In this document: one piece after another, positions 56,147 through 64,000 of the stretch
How the letters are laid out: each line of letters begins with the position of its first letter
How positions within the stretch are numbered: the first letter of the stretch is position 1
Source: a virus
Lineage: Duplodnaviria; Heunggongvirae; Uroviricota; Caudoviricetes
Direction: 5' to 3' (one strand)
Virus record (IMG/VR): IMGVR_UViG_3300008267_008434
DNA: 64,000 bases
The notes under the pieces: generated by a model
Seen by the model: only the letters and a program-made list of their open reading frames with translations
Databases searched by the model: none
Told to the model about the DNA's origin: nothing
Program-made: the position numbers and the translations under genes

Positions 56147-56162
56147 ATATAAAAAAAATTAT

Positions 56163-56170
56163 TATATTTG
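56163..56170 (+). promoter_or_regulatory. -7 box TAtaTTTG, 4 nt before the ATG of a tiny peptide ORF
   Basis: tatatttg-tgat-ATG. Confidence 0.4.
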
Positions 56171-56174
56171 TGAT

Positions 56175-56255
56175 ATGGGATTATTGTTGTTTGTATTATA
56201 TACATCATTAGTTTTATTAATTGCGTATTTTTTTAAACACAAAAAAAATATGTAA
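56175..56255 (+). CDS. Tiny 26-aa hydrophobic peptide (MGLLLFVLYTSLVLLIAYFFKHKKNM)
   Basis: Unlisted ORF. Single TM plus basic tail. Confidence 0.2.
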   Translation: MGLLLFVLYTSLVLLIAYFFKHKKNM

Positions 56256-56354
56256 TGAATGTTGAAGAATTAATTGAGTATTTTCGTGAGGTACACGAAA
56301 GTGAACATAAGATATGGTTCACAATGGAAGAAATTGAAAAAATAATTAAAGAAT

Positions 56355-56594
56355 ATGGAAAAAAGAAGTAATCACTACGGAGATGTTGCAAAATGGATTG
56401 AAAAGGTTATTGACTCTTGTGAGACATACCAACAAACTTTTACTGCCAAAAAATTGATTAGAAATTTTAATGATCAACTAAGGAGAGACACTCCTGACAA
56501 GTATTGGGGAGATTATCAGTATAGTGTTATTTGGCCACTTGAGGCAATGGTAACATCCAAACGACAATCATTCATAAACAAAATTGAGGGGTAA
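56355..56594 (+). CDS. Hypothetical small protein
   Basis: 79-aa ORF. Confidence 0.4.
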   Translation: MEKRSNHYGDVAKWIEKVIDSCETYQQTFTAKKLIRNFNDQLRRDTPDKYWGDYQYSVIWPLEAMVTSKRQSFINKIEG

Positions 56595-57175
56595 TGAAAG
56601 TTATATTTTTGGATCACGATGGAGTTATTTGTCTTTCCAATAATTGGGGAGGACGAACGAAAAAATGGGCAAACTATCGTAGTGAAAACCCTGATAGTAG
56701 TAAGGAAAAAAAAGACGCTCCAGTATCTTTTCGTTTTGATGATTTTGACACTAAGTCGGTTAAAGTTCTTAATGAAATTCTTGAAGAAACAGGAGCTGAG
56801 ATTGTGGTATCTTCAGATTGGAAACTACACGCTACACTAGAAGAACTTGGTGAGTACTATGAGTTACACGGAATAAGTAAAAAACCAATATCATTAACAC
56901 CAAACATAGGTACGTGTACAGTTCATGGTAATTTATTTATTTGGTCCCCACGATGGGATTTAGAACAAACACGAACAATTGAAATTAGACAATATCTTCA
57001 TGATCACCCTGAAGTAACTCATTGGGTCTCTATTGATGACTTGAATATGGGTAAAATTGGTGAACCCTGGAAAGATGAGTGGGCGATAGATAATTTTGTA
57101 TTGACACCAAAATCAAACGAAGGTATTAAACAATCTGGGGTTAAAGAAAAGATATTAAAATATTTGAAAGATTAA
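56594..57175 (+). CDS. HAD-superfamily hydrolase
   Basis: 'KVIFLDHDGVI' DxDGx motif I. C-terminal 'VSIDDLN' Asp pair. Confidence 0.5.
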   Translation: MKVIFLDHDGVICLSNNWGGRTKKWANYRSENPDSSKEKKDAPVSFRFDDFDTKSVKVLNEILEETGAEIVVSSDWKLHATLEELGEYYELHGISKKPISLTPNIGTCTVHGNLFIWSPRWDLEQTRTIEIRQYLHDHPEVTHWVSIDDLNMGKIGEPWKDEWAIDNFVLTPKSNEGIKQSGVKEKILKYLKD

Positions 57176-57337
57176 TAAAATGAAGGATATAGTTGGGTGT
57201 GCTGATTATGATAGTATGGGGAATCACGGGAGATTCCCAAAATCAAAATATAAAGAGATGAAAACATTTAAAAGAGGAATTCAAAAAGTTATTTTATGGT
57301 TTTCATTTAAGTTTACCAAAAAAAGAAAAAAAGATAT

Positions 57338-57733
57338 TTGGGAATTGTAAAAAATATTGATATGACTAAAGAAGAAATGAATAAATACCTTGAGTCCATA
57401 GGCGGACTTGAGAATGGGTATTACACAGACAGACCACCGATTACAAAATGTGGATTCTTTGGTGTTGATAGTGGTTGGTACCCATTAATTAAAGAATTAA
57501 TTGAGGATTTAATTAAACTTGGGTGGAACAAACAAACTTGTCAAGTTAAAGAAAAATTTGGTGGTCTTAGATTTTATATTAATGAAGGTTCTAACGAGAT
57601 TTATGAAAGAATTGTTAAAGCTGAAAAAGATAGTTATGAAATCTGTGAAACCTGTGGTGAAAAGGGTAATATGAGAACAGATATTGGTTGGTATAGAACA
57701 TTATGTAATAAACACTATGAAGAGTATATATGA
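57338..57733 (+). CDS. Zinc-ribbon protein
   Basis: 'CETCGEKG...CNKHY'. Confidence 0.4.
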   Translation: MGIVKNIDMTKEEMNKYLESIGGLENGYYTDRPPITKCGFFGVDSGWYPLIKELIEDLIKLGWNKQTCQVKEKFGGLRFYINEGSNEIYERIVKAEKDSYEICETCGEKGNMRTDIGWYRTLCNKHYEEYI

Positions 57734-58025
57734 AATATTTAAAGGTAATGAACATCTAATAGATTTACATCCTGTTGAAGAGTTAATTGATTATACTCAA
57801 GAACTTGAGGGTATGATATTTGAAAAAAATATGGAGAAAGATAAAGAACACATCTTCAAATCAATGTTAGAGGATATACTTACCAGTTGTAATGAACTTG
57901 AAGAAAATAAATTACTTGTGGAAAGATATCCTGATTTGTATAAAAAAATGGATGCCGATATAATAGTTGAAAGTCTAAAAAAGTTTATTTTAGAAATGAA
58001 CAGAAATCATAGATTAGGGTTATGA
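57717..58025 (+). CDS. Hypothetical protein
   Basis: Start at MKSIYEIF. The listed 57684 start overlaps the previous gene. Confidence 0.35.
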   Translation: MKSIYEIFKGNEHLIDLHPVEELIDYTQELEGMIFEKNMEKDKEHIFKSMLEDILTSCNELEENKLLVERYPDLYKKMDADIIVESLKKFILEMNRNHRLGL

Positions 58026-58330
58026 AAAAAATTGAAATTAGTGAGGGTTGTTTTGGACCTGATGTTATGGTGGATGATGAGTCTTTATTCATGCACGAAT
58101 ATGATAACAGGAAACCTGAAATGATTACTGACTTACAGGACGAATTAATTGATGAATTAAAATCATTAAAGGATAAACTCGGTATGAATGATTGGTATCA
58201 GATTGCTGAAATGGTTGTTACTACTTCTGAAAAATACGAATACGATACGGAAGAATCTGATGAAGGAGATTCTTGTGGACAATGTGGAAATTATAATTGG
58301 AAATACATCTATAAAAAAGTGGAAAAATGA
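58022..58330 (+). CDS. Acidic small protein with C-terminal CxxC
   Basis: 102 aa, ends with 'CGQCGNY'. Confidence 0.4.
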   Translation: MKKIEISEGCFGPDVMVDDESLFMHEYDNRKPEMITDLQDELIDELKSLKDKLGMNDWYQIAEMVVTTSEKYEYDTEESDEGDSCGQCGNYNWKYIYKKVEK

Positions 58331-58680
58331 GAAAAAGTGTAAAGTTGGTATTGGTTGATCCAAATGAGTTACCGTATGTGGTTGCAAAACAACCAATAAT
58401 GAAAAATGATTTATATCTAACCCCAAACAATGAGATTAAAACTTGTGTTGGTGGTGAGACAAGAAAAGAATTAAGTGAATGTCTAAAAATAATGGCAACA
58501 CCTAATCAAGTACCTAATGATGAGAATTCATTAAAAAAATTAACAGAGATACTAAGTAGTGGTGGAGAGTTTGAATTGGAGATGGAAGATGAATTCACTA
58601 ACCCGAAAGCATTTGAAAATGTTGGATGGGGAGATGGATTACCACAACCTATTTTAGTTGATAATAAAATAGTAATATAA
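58327..58680 (+). CDS. Hypothetical protein
   Basis: 117-aa ORF with ATGA overlap. Confidence 0.4.
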   Translation: MRKSVKLVLVDPNELPYVVAKQPIMKNDLYLTPNNEIKTCVGGETRKELSECLKIMATPNQVPNDENSLKKLTEILSSGGEFELEMEDEFTNPKAFENVGWGDGLPQPILVDNKIVI

Positions 58681-58793
58681 AGAAGTATGTTAAGTATTAT
58701 TGAACAAGTTATGCATTTATCTGTAATTGGTTTAACCATTATAGTTATTACCGCACAAATAATTTTTGATGTTTGTTGTAAAGATTAAGTATT

Positions 58794-59045
58794 ATGTTAG
58801 AAGAAATTGTGGAGTATTATCAAGATGAGGAAATCCTGAAGGCGGATGGATTTGACGATGCGGTAATTGGAATTGATGAAAAATCAATGAGATTAATTTA
58901 TTCTGTGAGAAAATGTATTGAAATCTTAATCACCGAAGAAGATATGACTTTGGAAGATGCCTTAGAACATTTCAGTTTTAATGTTAGTGGATCCTATGTT
59001 GGAGAAAAAACACCAATTTGGTGTGAAGATATGTTTGAGAATTAA
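58794..59045 (+). CDS. Hypothetical acidic protein
   Basis: 83-aa ORF. Confidence 0.4.
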   Translation: MLEEIVEYYQDEEILKADGFDDAVIGIDEKSMRLIYSVRKCIEILITEEDMTLEDALEHFSFNVSGSYVGEKTPIWCEDMFEN

Positions 59046-59055
59046 AAATTTTTAT

Positions 59056-59063
59056 TATATTTG
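59056..59063 (+). promoter_or_regulatory. -7 box TAtaTTTG, 4 nt before the ATG
   Basis: tatatttg-tgaa-ATG. Confidence 0.45.
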
Positions 59064-59067
59064 TGAA

Positions 59068-59253
59068 ATGAAGAATCCAAAGATTAACACACCAAAGGGT
59101 GTTGGTGAAATTGAAACAGTGTATATTTCAGAATTAGGGTTCCTTATGATTCGTGTTTATTATGAGGACAAGACTTATGTTTCTTATAACCTTGGTAAAC
59201 ACGATGTTAATGAAAATGTATTCACAGATAAAATTATGAATGATGTCAGATAA
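59068..59253 (+). CDS. Hypothetical small protein
   Basis: Start at MKNPKIN, inside the listed 58981 ORF. Confidence 0.4.
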   Translation: MKNPKINTPKGVGEIETVYISELGFLMIRVYYEDKTYVSYNLGKHDVNENVFTDKIMNDVR

Positions 59254-59479
59254 ACCTTCTATTATTGATCAAGAATTTAAAATCACATTTACTCAGGACA
59301 ACGATTGTTGTTCAAATGAATATCAATTCATTACAGTTAAAACACAGAATGGTGGTGGTGGAGACTTCTTTGTTATTGAAACTCAAAGATGGGCATTTGA
59401 TTCTATTGAAGATTTGGTAAGGATATTATATCAATTTAAAAATAAACACGACAGAATTAAAATTGAAGAAAAATGTTAA
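59240..59479 (+). CDS. Hypothetical small protein
   Basis: 79-aa ORF. Confidence 0.4.
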   Translation: MMSDKPSIIDQEFKITFTQDNDCCSNEYQFITVKTQNGGGGDFFVIETQRWAFDSIEDLVRILYQFKNKHDRIKIEEKC

Positions 59480-59581
59480 GACTTTGGGATTGGATGAGAA
59501 TGCACATTCCTTATATGTTTGAATTGGATCATTACATTAAAGGAATAATTATTAAACGAATTAAAAAAAAACTTAGAAAAA

Positions 59582-59836
59582 ATGACTGAGAGAGAACTAA
59601 TACTTTTAGGGTTTAAAAGTGAAGAAATTATTGATTTTGAAGGACAAGAAAATCCTGATTATTACTATGCGTATGATGTGGTAAATGGATTAACACTTAT
59701 TACACCATCCAAAGGAGAATTGGTAGGTGAAGAATGGTATGTTGAAATATTTAATACTGATCCATCTATTAGATTTTATAAGATGGAAAAAGTTCAGGTA
59801 TTAATTAACACATTGGAAAAAGCGATAATTAAATAA
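59582..59836 (+). CDS. Hypothetical small protein
   Basis: 84-aa ORF. Confidence 0.4.
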   Translation: MTERELILLGFKSEEIIDFEGQENPDYYYAYDVVNGLTLITPSKGELVGEEWYVEIFNTDPSIRFYKMEKVQVLINTLEKAIIK

Positions 59837-60147
59837 TGAAAAAACTATTGTTTATTGTTGGATTAATCTCTATTCTTATTGGGTGTAGAACAACATATGT
59901 TGATGTTTATTATCTTGAAAAGTATCCTGTTGAATGGTCTGATACATTAGTACAACAACCCGATCATTGGCACTACCATAGTAGTGATGGTTGGCTTTGT
60001 TTGGAAATACCCGCAGACACCTTCTGTTTAGATATTAAAGATACTATTATCGTCCCAACATATATGGGAACATATAAAAAAAAAGAATATGAAATAAAAT
60101 GGAATCTAAAAACATTAAACAGTTATGAAGGAAAAAAATGTCATTGA
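59836..60147 (+). CDS. Putative lipoprotein
   Basis: 'MKKLLFIVGLISILIGC' signal plus lipobox Cys. Confidence 0.5.
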   Translation: MKKLLFIVGLISILIGCRTTYVDVYYLEKYPVEWSDTLVQQPDHWHYHSSDGWLCLEIPADTFCLDIKDTIIVPTYMGTYKKKEYEIKWNLKTLNSYEGKKCH

Positions 60148-60276
60148 AGTTTGTTTTGGTGTGGGAATGAATCAACTATTTCCAGAGACAATTAAAATTG
60201 TGATTGAAAGCGTTAAAAAACCAATTAAAGAAAAAGAAGAAGATAGGGATCATGATAAATACATTTATTATTAATT

Positions 60277-60540
60277 GTGATTAAGGATAATTTTACATAT
60301 TCAGAAGTACTTGAATTACTTGAAAAACTTAACGGTAATAAAGTAGAAAATGTTAAGTATTGGTTTGATGAAACTTTGGATGATGGGTTAAGTAATGTTG
60401 AAAAAATTTCTTATATCTGTGATAATGAGTCAAAAATATTGGAGGCAATTATGAAAGGACATAAGGCTTGTGATAATGACGAGTTTCAAATTGCAAGAGA
60501 TAAAATGAAAAAGTATAGAAAGGAGTTAGGATTAATATGA
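60277..60540 (+). CDS. Hypothetical small protein
   Basis: 87-aa ORF. Confidence 0.4.
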   Translation: MIKDNFTYSEVLELLEKLNGNKVENVKYWFDETLDDGLSNVEKISYICDNESKILEAIMKGHKACDNDEFQIARDKMKKYRKELGLI

Positions 60541-61166
60541 AAGGTTATTTAAAATATTACGAACCATTTGAAGATAACGGATATACATCACCAGGTGGGT
60601 GGTGGTTAAAGACAACAAAAGAGTGGGATGTTAATGGACAATCATTTAGTTTATCTGATGAAAGTAAAGAATGGGTTAAAGAAACAAATCCACCCAAGTT
60701 AATGGAAGTAGATTTTGATGTAATACCTGTTTGTTACTATGATGAAAAAACTCAAAAAGGGTATCATAAGTTTGTTGGGAAAATAAACATACCAAACAAA
60801 CCTAAATCAAAAATATTCTTGATTGACATTGATGGAACAATTTGTGATGACATTAAGAACGAGGACTCTCACCTATACCCAACTGCAAAAGTTATTCAGG
60901 GATCATTGGAACAGATTAATAAATGGGCGGAAGAAGGACACACCATTACTTTTTTTACCGCAAGGGAGGAAAAGGATAGAGTGGTTACATTAAAATGGCT
61001 TTGGGAACATGGATTCAAATTTCATCAATTAATTATGGACAAACCAAGAATTAGTGATAATCAAGAATATGTTTGGATTGATAATAGAAAAGTAAGGGCG
61101 GTAACATACTTAGGTACTTGGACGGATTTAGTTGAGGTGAATGCAAAGATCCAAACATTTGGATAA
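60537..61166 (+). CDS. HAD-superfamily phosphatase (T4 Pnk phosphatase-domain-like / nucleotidase-like)
   Basis: 'KIFLIDIDGTICDD' motif I DxDGT. 'ITFFTAREE' motif II. 'WIDNRK' is a motif III/IV candidate. Confidence 0.5.
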   Translation: MKGYLKYYEPFEDNGYTSPGGWWLKTTKEWDVNGQSFSLSDESKEWVKETNPPKLMEVDFDVIPVCYYDEKTQKGYHKFVGKINIPNKPKSKIFLIDIDGTICDDIKNEDSHLYPTAKVIQGSLEQINKWAEEGHTITFFTAREEKDRVVTLKWLWEHGFKFHQLIMDKPRISDNQEYVWIDNRKVRAVTYLGTWTDLVEVNAKIQTFG

Positions 61167-61211
61167 TTCAAATTTTTTTAGTAGTATTGTAATCAATATA
61201 AAAAAATCAGT

Positions 61212-61406
61212 ATGAAATATTTTAAATTATTTTTGATGTGGTTGACATTTATTGTCATCGCATCACTTTACGGTGAGTATGTCGTAAGTAGAAATGTTAA
61301 CGGGTTCCTCCAACTTTTAGGTTTCGTTGGTATGGTAGGGATCTTTGGAATAATGGGAAACGAAACAATAAAAATTTTAACAAACAATAAGAAAGAAGAA
61401 AAATGA
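61212..61406 (+). CDS. Small 2-TM membrane protein (NfeD-like partner candidate of the SPFH gene)
   Basis: 'LFLMWLTFIVIASLYG' and 'LLGFVGMVGIFGIMG'. ATGA overlap with the SPFH gene. Confidence 0.4.
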   Translation: MKYFKLFLMWLTFIVIASLYGEYVVSRNVNGFLQLLGFVGMVGIFGIMGNETIKILTNNKKEEK

Positions 61407-62353
61407 TTAGTACAGTAATTTTTGTAGTGTGTTTGATTGCGGCGGTAGTATTCGCAATGAAAACAAGAGGTAATATGTATGTAACAAGTACAGACAGATG
61501 GGGAGATAATAGAGAAAAGTTTAATGCGGCGTGGTTATTTAAACCACTTGGTATTTTTGTCTTTGGAACTCTTGTATCGTTATTCCAACCATTTGCGGTT
61601 GAAAGAATTGATGCGGGACATAAGGGTATTATTGTAAACTTAACTGGTGACAACAGAGGTGTACAAAATTACCAATATACAACAGGGTGGGTTATGTATA
61701 ATACTTGGTTTAAACAAGTTCTTGAGTTCCCAACTTACCAACAACATATTGAGTATGATGATCAGGTGGTAATTACAAAAGGTGGATTCTCAGCAACAAT
61801 TAAACCATCATTTAACTACTCATTAAAACCTGATGCGATTGGTGATATGTTCGTTAATCTTCGTCTTGAGGTTAAAGATATTGAACAAGGATGGTTGAAA
61901 AATGCAATCGTTGGAGCAGTTAATGATGAAGCAAATAAATGGGAAGTTGATAGTATCTTTAGTAATCGTCAACAATTTGAGGCGGCAATCGTGGCGGAAT
62001 GTAATAAACGATTGACAAAATGGTTTGATGTTTCACAGTTGAGAACGAATATTACACCACCTGAAGCGTTACAAGAATCAATTATCGCAAAGACAAAGGC
62101 GATACAACAGGCTGAAGCGTCAGAACAACAGGCAATCGCAGCAATCGCGGAAGGTAAAAGAAAGGTTGCGGTGGCAAGAGCGGATTCTGCTGAGACAGTT
62201 ATTAATGCCAATGCCGCAGCACTTGCAATCAAGATTAAACAAGATAGGTTAACACCGTTGTATATTGAATATTTGAAAGCAAATTCGTGGGATGGGAAGT
62301 TACCAACAACGGTGGCAGGTAATTCAGGAATGTTCTTAAACTTGAATAAATAA
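61403..62353 (+). CDS. SPFH/band-7 (HflK/C-, stomatin/prohibitin-like) membrane protein
   Basis: N-terminal TM, 'VERIDAGHKGIIVNLTGD' SPFH core, C-terminal Ala-rich coiled coil 'AIAAIAEGKRKVAVARADSAETVINANAAA'. Confidence 0.5.
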   Translation: MISTVIFVVCLIAAVVFAMKTRGNMYVTSTDRWGDNREKFNAAWLFKPLGIFVFGTLVSLFQPFAVERIDAGHKGIIVNLTGDNRGVQNYQYTTGWVMYNTWFKQVLEFPTYQQHIEYDDQVVITKGGFSATIKPSFNYSLKPDAIGDMFVNLRLEVKDIEQGWLKNAIVGAVNDEANKWEVDSIFSNRQQFEAAIVAECNKRLTKWFDVSQLRTNITPPEALQESIIAKTKAIQQAEASEQQAIAAIAEGKRKVAVARADSAETVINANAAALAIKIKQDRLTPLYIEYLKANSWDGKLPTTVAGNSGMFLNLNK

Positions 62354-62622
62354 TGGTTAAGGGATTATTTGGGATGGTGATAATAGTTGTTACCATCCTA
62401 TTTCTAACAGGATGTGGTTGTAGTGATGAAGAATATTACAAACGAAAGTTTAAATTTAGTCCAGGTGACTTTGTAACACATAAGGTTAGTGGTGATAAAA
62501 TTTTAATCACCGATACCTCAAGGTTTAACTCTGAATGTGGTTGTAATGTGGTGTTAGAATATTATGGAGTAAATTCCGCAGAAAACAATAATCTTTACGA
62601 AGAAATTGAATTAACAAAATAA
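62353..62622 (+). CDS. Putative lipoprotein
   Basis: 'VVTILFLTGCGCSD' lipobox. Confidence 0.45.
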   Translation: MVKGLFGMVIIVVTILFLTGCGCSDEEYYKRKFKFSPGDFVTHKVSGDKILITDTSRFNSECGCNVVLEYYGVNSAENNNLYEEIELTK

Positions 62623-62640
62623 AAAAGATTCAAAATACTT

Positions 62641-62669
62641 AACCCTTCCTTAATCGGAGGGGTTTTTTA
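62641..62669 (+). terminator. Rho-independent terminator
   Basis: cccttcc-ttaatc-ggagggg followed by ttttttat. Confidence 0.6.
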
Positions 62670-62705
62670 TTTCATATTAATTTCTTATTATTAGAAAAAA
62701 GAATT

Positions 62706-62891
62706 ATGAGAGAAACAAAATTTAAGGTAGGAGACAAGGCGTGGAAACCAAAAGGTTATAAATTCCCCTGTACAATAATTGGGGTATTTGAGACAATCAA
62801 AGGTGATATCCGTGTTGTAGGTGAAATGGATGATTACGGATTATTACACATCTTCAACGAAGAACAATTGGATCATTATGGAGAACAATAA
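62706..62891 (+). CDS. Hypothetical small protein
   Basis: 61-aa ORF. Confidence 0.4.
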   Translation: MRETKFKVGDKAWKPKGYKFPCTIIGVFETIKGDIRVVGEMDDYGLLHIFNEEQLDHYGEQ

Positions 62892-63084
62892 TATACAATC
62901 ACCAGTAGAATGGTTGATAGACGAGGCAATGAAATTAATGATTCAATATATGACAGGAACATTAAATGAAGACACTATTGAAGATGATGTTTATAGAATT
63001 GGAACTAGAGCAAAAGAAATGGAAAAAGAAAGATTGGAATCCCTTAAGGATTTTGATACTTGGAAAGAATGGAAAAACTCTTAA
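62878..63084 (+). CDS. Hypothetical small protein
   Basis: Start at MENNNIQ, overlapping the previous stop region. Confidence 0.35.
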   Translation: MENNNIQSPVEWLIDEAMKLMIQYMTGTLNEDTIEDDVYRIGTRAKEMEKERLESLKDFDTWKEWKNS

Positions 63085-63096
63085 TATATTTTAACA

Positions 63097-63354
63097 ATGA
63101 CAACAAAATACCCAAAACCAGGAGAAAAATACCAACATTACAAAGGTGGACAATATGAAGTCATTTGTATGTGTAATCACACGGAGACAAATGAACCACT
63201 TGTTGTGTATCGTTCATTATCATTTGGATCACAATACGCTCGTCCATTTAGTGAGTGGTACGAACAAGTTAGTACTGTAAAAATAGGTGCGTATGATCAA
63301 CCAATATATAGATTCCAAAGTACTGAAGAACCTAATTATGTAATTCACAAATAA
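63097..63354 (+). CDS. DUF1653-family protein
   Basis: 'YQHYKGGQYEVICMCNHTETNEPLVVYRSL...ARPFSEW' matches the DUF1653 core. Confidence 0.55.
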   Translation: MTTKYPKPGEKYQHYKGGQYEVICMCNHTETNEPLVVYRSLSFGSQYARPFSEWYEQVSTVKIGAYDQPIYRFQSTEEPNYVIHK

Positions 63355-63362
63355 AAAAGGTT

Positions 63363-63602
63363 ATGTATAGAATTAAGATTGAAGAAAGAAACAATGGAGA
63401 GAAACGATATATACCACAGAAAGGTTATTTACACATTTCAGGTGGATGGATTAAACGACAAGAAATAAGATGGGATAATTTATTTTGTGGTTCATTTAGT
63501 AGTGAATCTCTTGCTTTGGAAAAAATTGAAGAATACAAAAAACTGGTTGAAAAAAGAAAGGGTGAAGAAGTTAAATCCACAACTTATAAAATGATTGATT
63601 GA
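63363..63602 (+). CDS. Hypothetical small protein
   Basis: 79-aa ORF. Confidence 0.4.
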   Translation: MYRIKIEERNNGEKRYIPQKGYLHISGGWIKRQEIRWDNLFCGSFSSESLALEKIEEYKKLVEKRKGEEVKSTTYKMID

Positions 63603-64000
63603 TGAAAGCAAAATTGATTAAAACAGAAGTAAACTATATCCTTGAAGATGACAAGGGGGTTGTTATCGCGTCAACATCATTGAATAAAGAAGGATTATCA
63701 TTATCTATTAAAAACTGCCAAGTCATTGAGAATGGTTATGATTTGGATGAGTTGGCTGAAGAATTAACAGGGCAATATGCAACATTAAATCCAAAATCAT
63801 TTAAAAGAGGTGTTTTATATGGTTTCCAAAAAGCACTTGAGTTGATGGGTGATAATAGGTTTAGTGAGGGGGATGTTATGTTAGGGTGGGACGCTGGCGT
63901 TATGTCACAGGTTATATGTCACACCACTAATTTTGGTTTAAAACGAGAAGATGAACTTAAAAAACATAGAGAATCATATCAAATAGATTTAAAACCAGCA
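63602..64000 (+). CDS. 3'-partial hypothetical protein (runs off the window end)
   Basis: ATG at 63602 (ATGA overlap). Open through nt 64000 (MKAKLIKTEVNYILEDDKG...). Confidence 0.45.
   Translation, partial: MKAKLIKTEVNYILEDDKGVVIASTSLNKEGLSLSIKNCQVIENGYDLDELAEELTGQYATLNPKSFKRGVLYGFQKALELMGDNRFSEGDVMLGWDAGVMSQVICHTTNFGLKREDELKKHRESYQIDLKPA

Noticed and set aside
55400-57760. Shared 'GNEHLI' peptide and aatgaacatct DNA motif at the end of the 55221..55427 gene and the start of the 57717 gene
   Set aside because: Only about 14 nt and 6 aa. Too short to distinguish from chance in AT-rich sequence.
745-62232. About 65 ORF-track entries of 60-210 aa lying antisense to or nested inside longer co-oriented genes (e.g. 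745..936-, 3441..3629+, 7411..8019-, 8378..8683-, 9139..9549-, 15500..15820-, 20200..20508-, 23073..23548-, 27071..27379-, 37706..38046-, 40311..40694-, 41692..41985-, 51659..52332-, 52408..53037-, 58166..58739-, 61297..61653-, 61969..62232-)
   Set aside because: They overlap strong domain-bearing genes on the opposite strand or in another frame. Their products are low-complexity or hydrophobic as expected from translating AT-rich antisense, and they break the otherwise tight head-to-tail gene packing. Treated as spurious.
1-64000. tRNA genes, CRISPR arrays, integrase or transposase genes, rRNA
   Set aside because: No GTTCGA/TTCGAAT T-loop-like motifs in plausible cloverleaf context, no regularly spaced direct repeats, and no tyrosine or serine recombinase or DDE motifs in any ORF. 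None reported.

Overview
This 64 kb window is one AT-rich, densely packed, mostly plus-strand phage-like region. There are about 110 genes with short or overlapping junctions, no rRNA or tRNA, no CRISPR, and no integrase or transposase. The -7 box TAnnTTTG recurs (Bacteroidetes sigma-A type), Bacteroidetes-style lipoboxes are present, and GC is low; together these point to a Bacteroidetes (Flavobacteriia-like) host.

Recognisable functions fall into these groups:
- Replication and recombination: RuvC-like resolvase, DnaG-type primase (Zn-ribbon plus TOPRIM), SbcD/Mre11 and SbcC/Rad50, Nudix, and a DHH phosphoesterase.
- Transcription: a sigma-70 family sigma factor.
- DNA methylation: three DNA methyltransferases (beta-class N4/N6, Dam-like, and one truncated).
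- Chaperone and redox: a DnaJ chaperone and a thioredoxin plus NrdH-like glutaredoxin pair.
- Nitrogen metabolism: a eukaryotic-type (GSII) glutamine synthetase.
- RNA repair: a split Pnkp-like set of PNK-like kinase, metallophosphoesterase and Rnl2-like RNA ligase, plus three HAD phosphatases.
- Envelope and lysis: a T7-lysozyme-like amidase, an SLT transglycosylase, an RlpA-like DPBB protein and a secreted DNA/RNA non-specific nuclease.
- Other: an SPFH/band-7 protein, DUF932, DUF192, DUF1653 and DUF3310.

The window opens with two convergent multi-module proteins joined by (Thr-Pro)n linkers.

The most unusual observations are:
- A family of at least 9 proteins shares an N-terminal 'MKKVIRLTESDLTRIV' / 'MNLQESIRRILREE' leader motif, including three tandem small basic paralogs.
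- Ten genes have the TAnnTTTG box exactly 4-5 nt upstream of the start codon, implying leaderless transcripts.
- A GSII glutamine synthetase sits in a cluster with a SAM-MTase::DUF3310 fusion and a truncated DNA methyltransferase.
- The RNA-repair set is dispersed across several genes.
- A WC[TS]-domain is shared between an LRR protein and a second protein.
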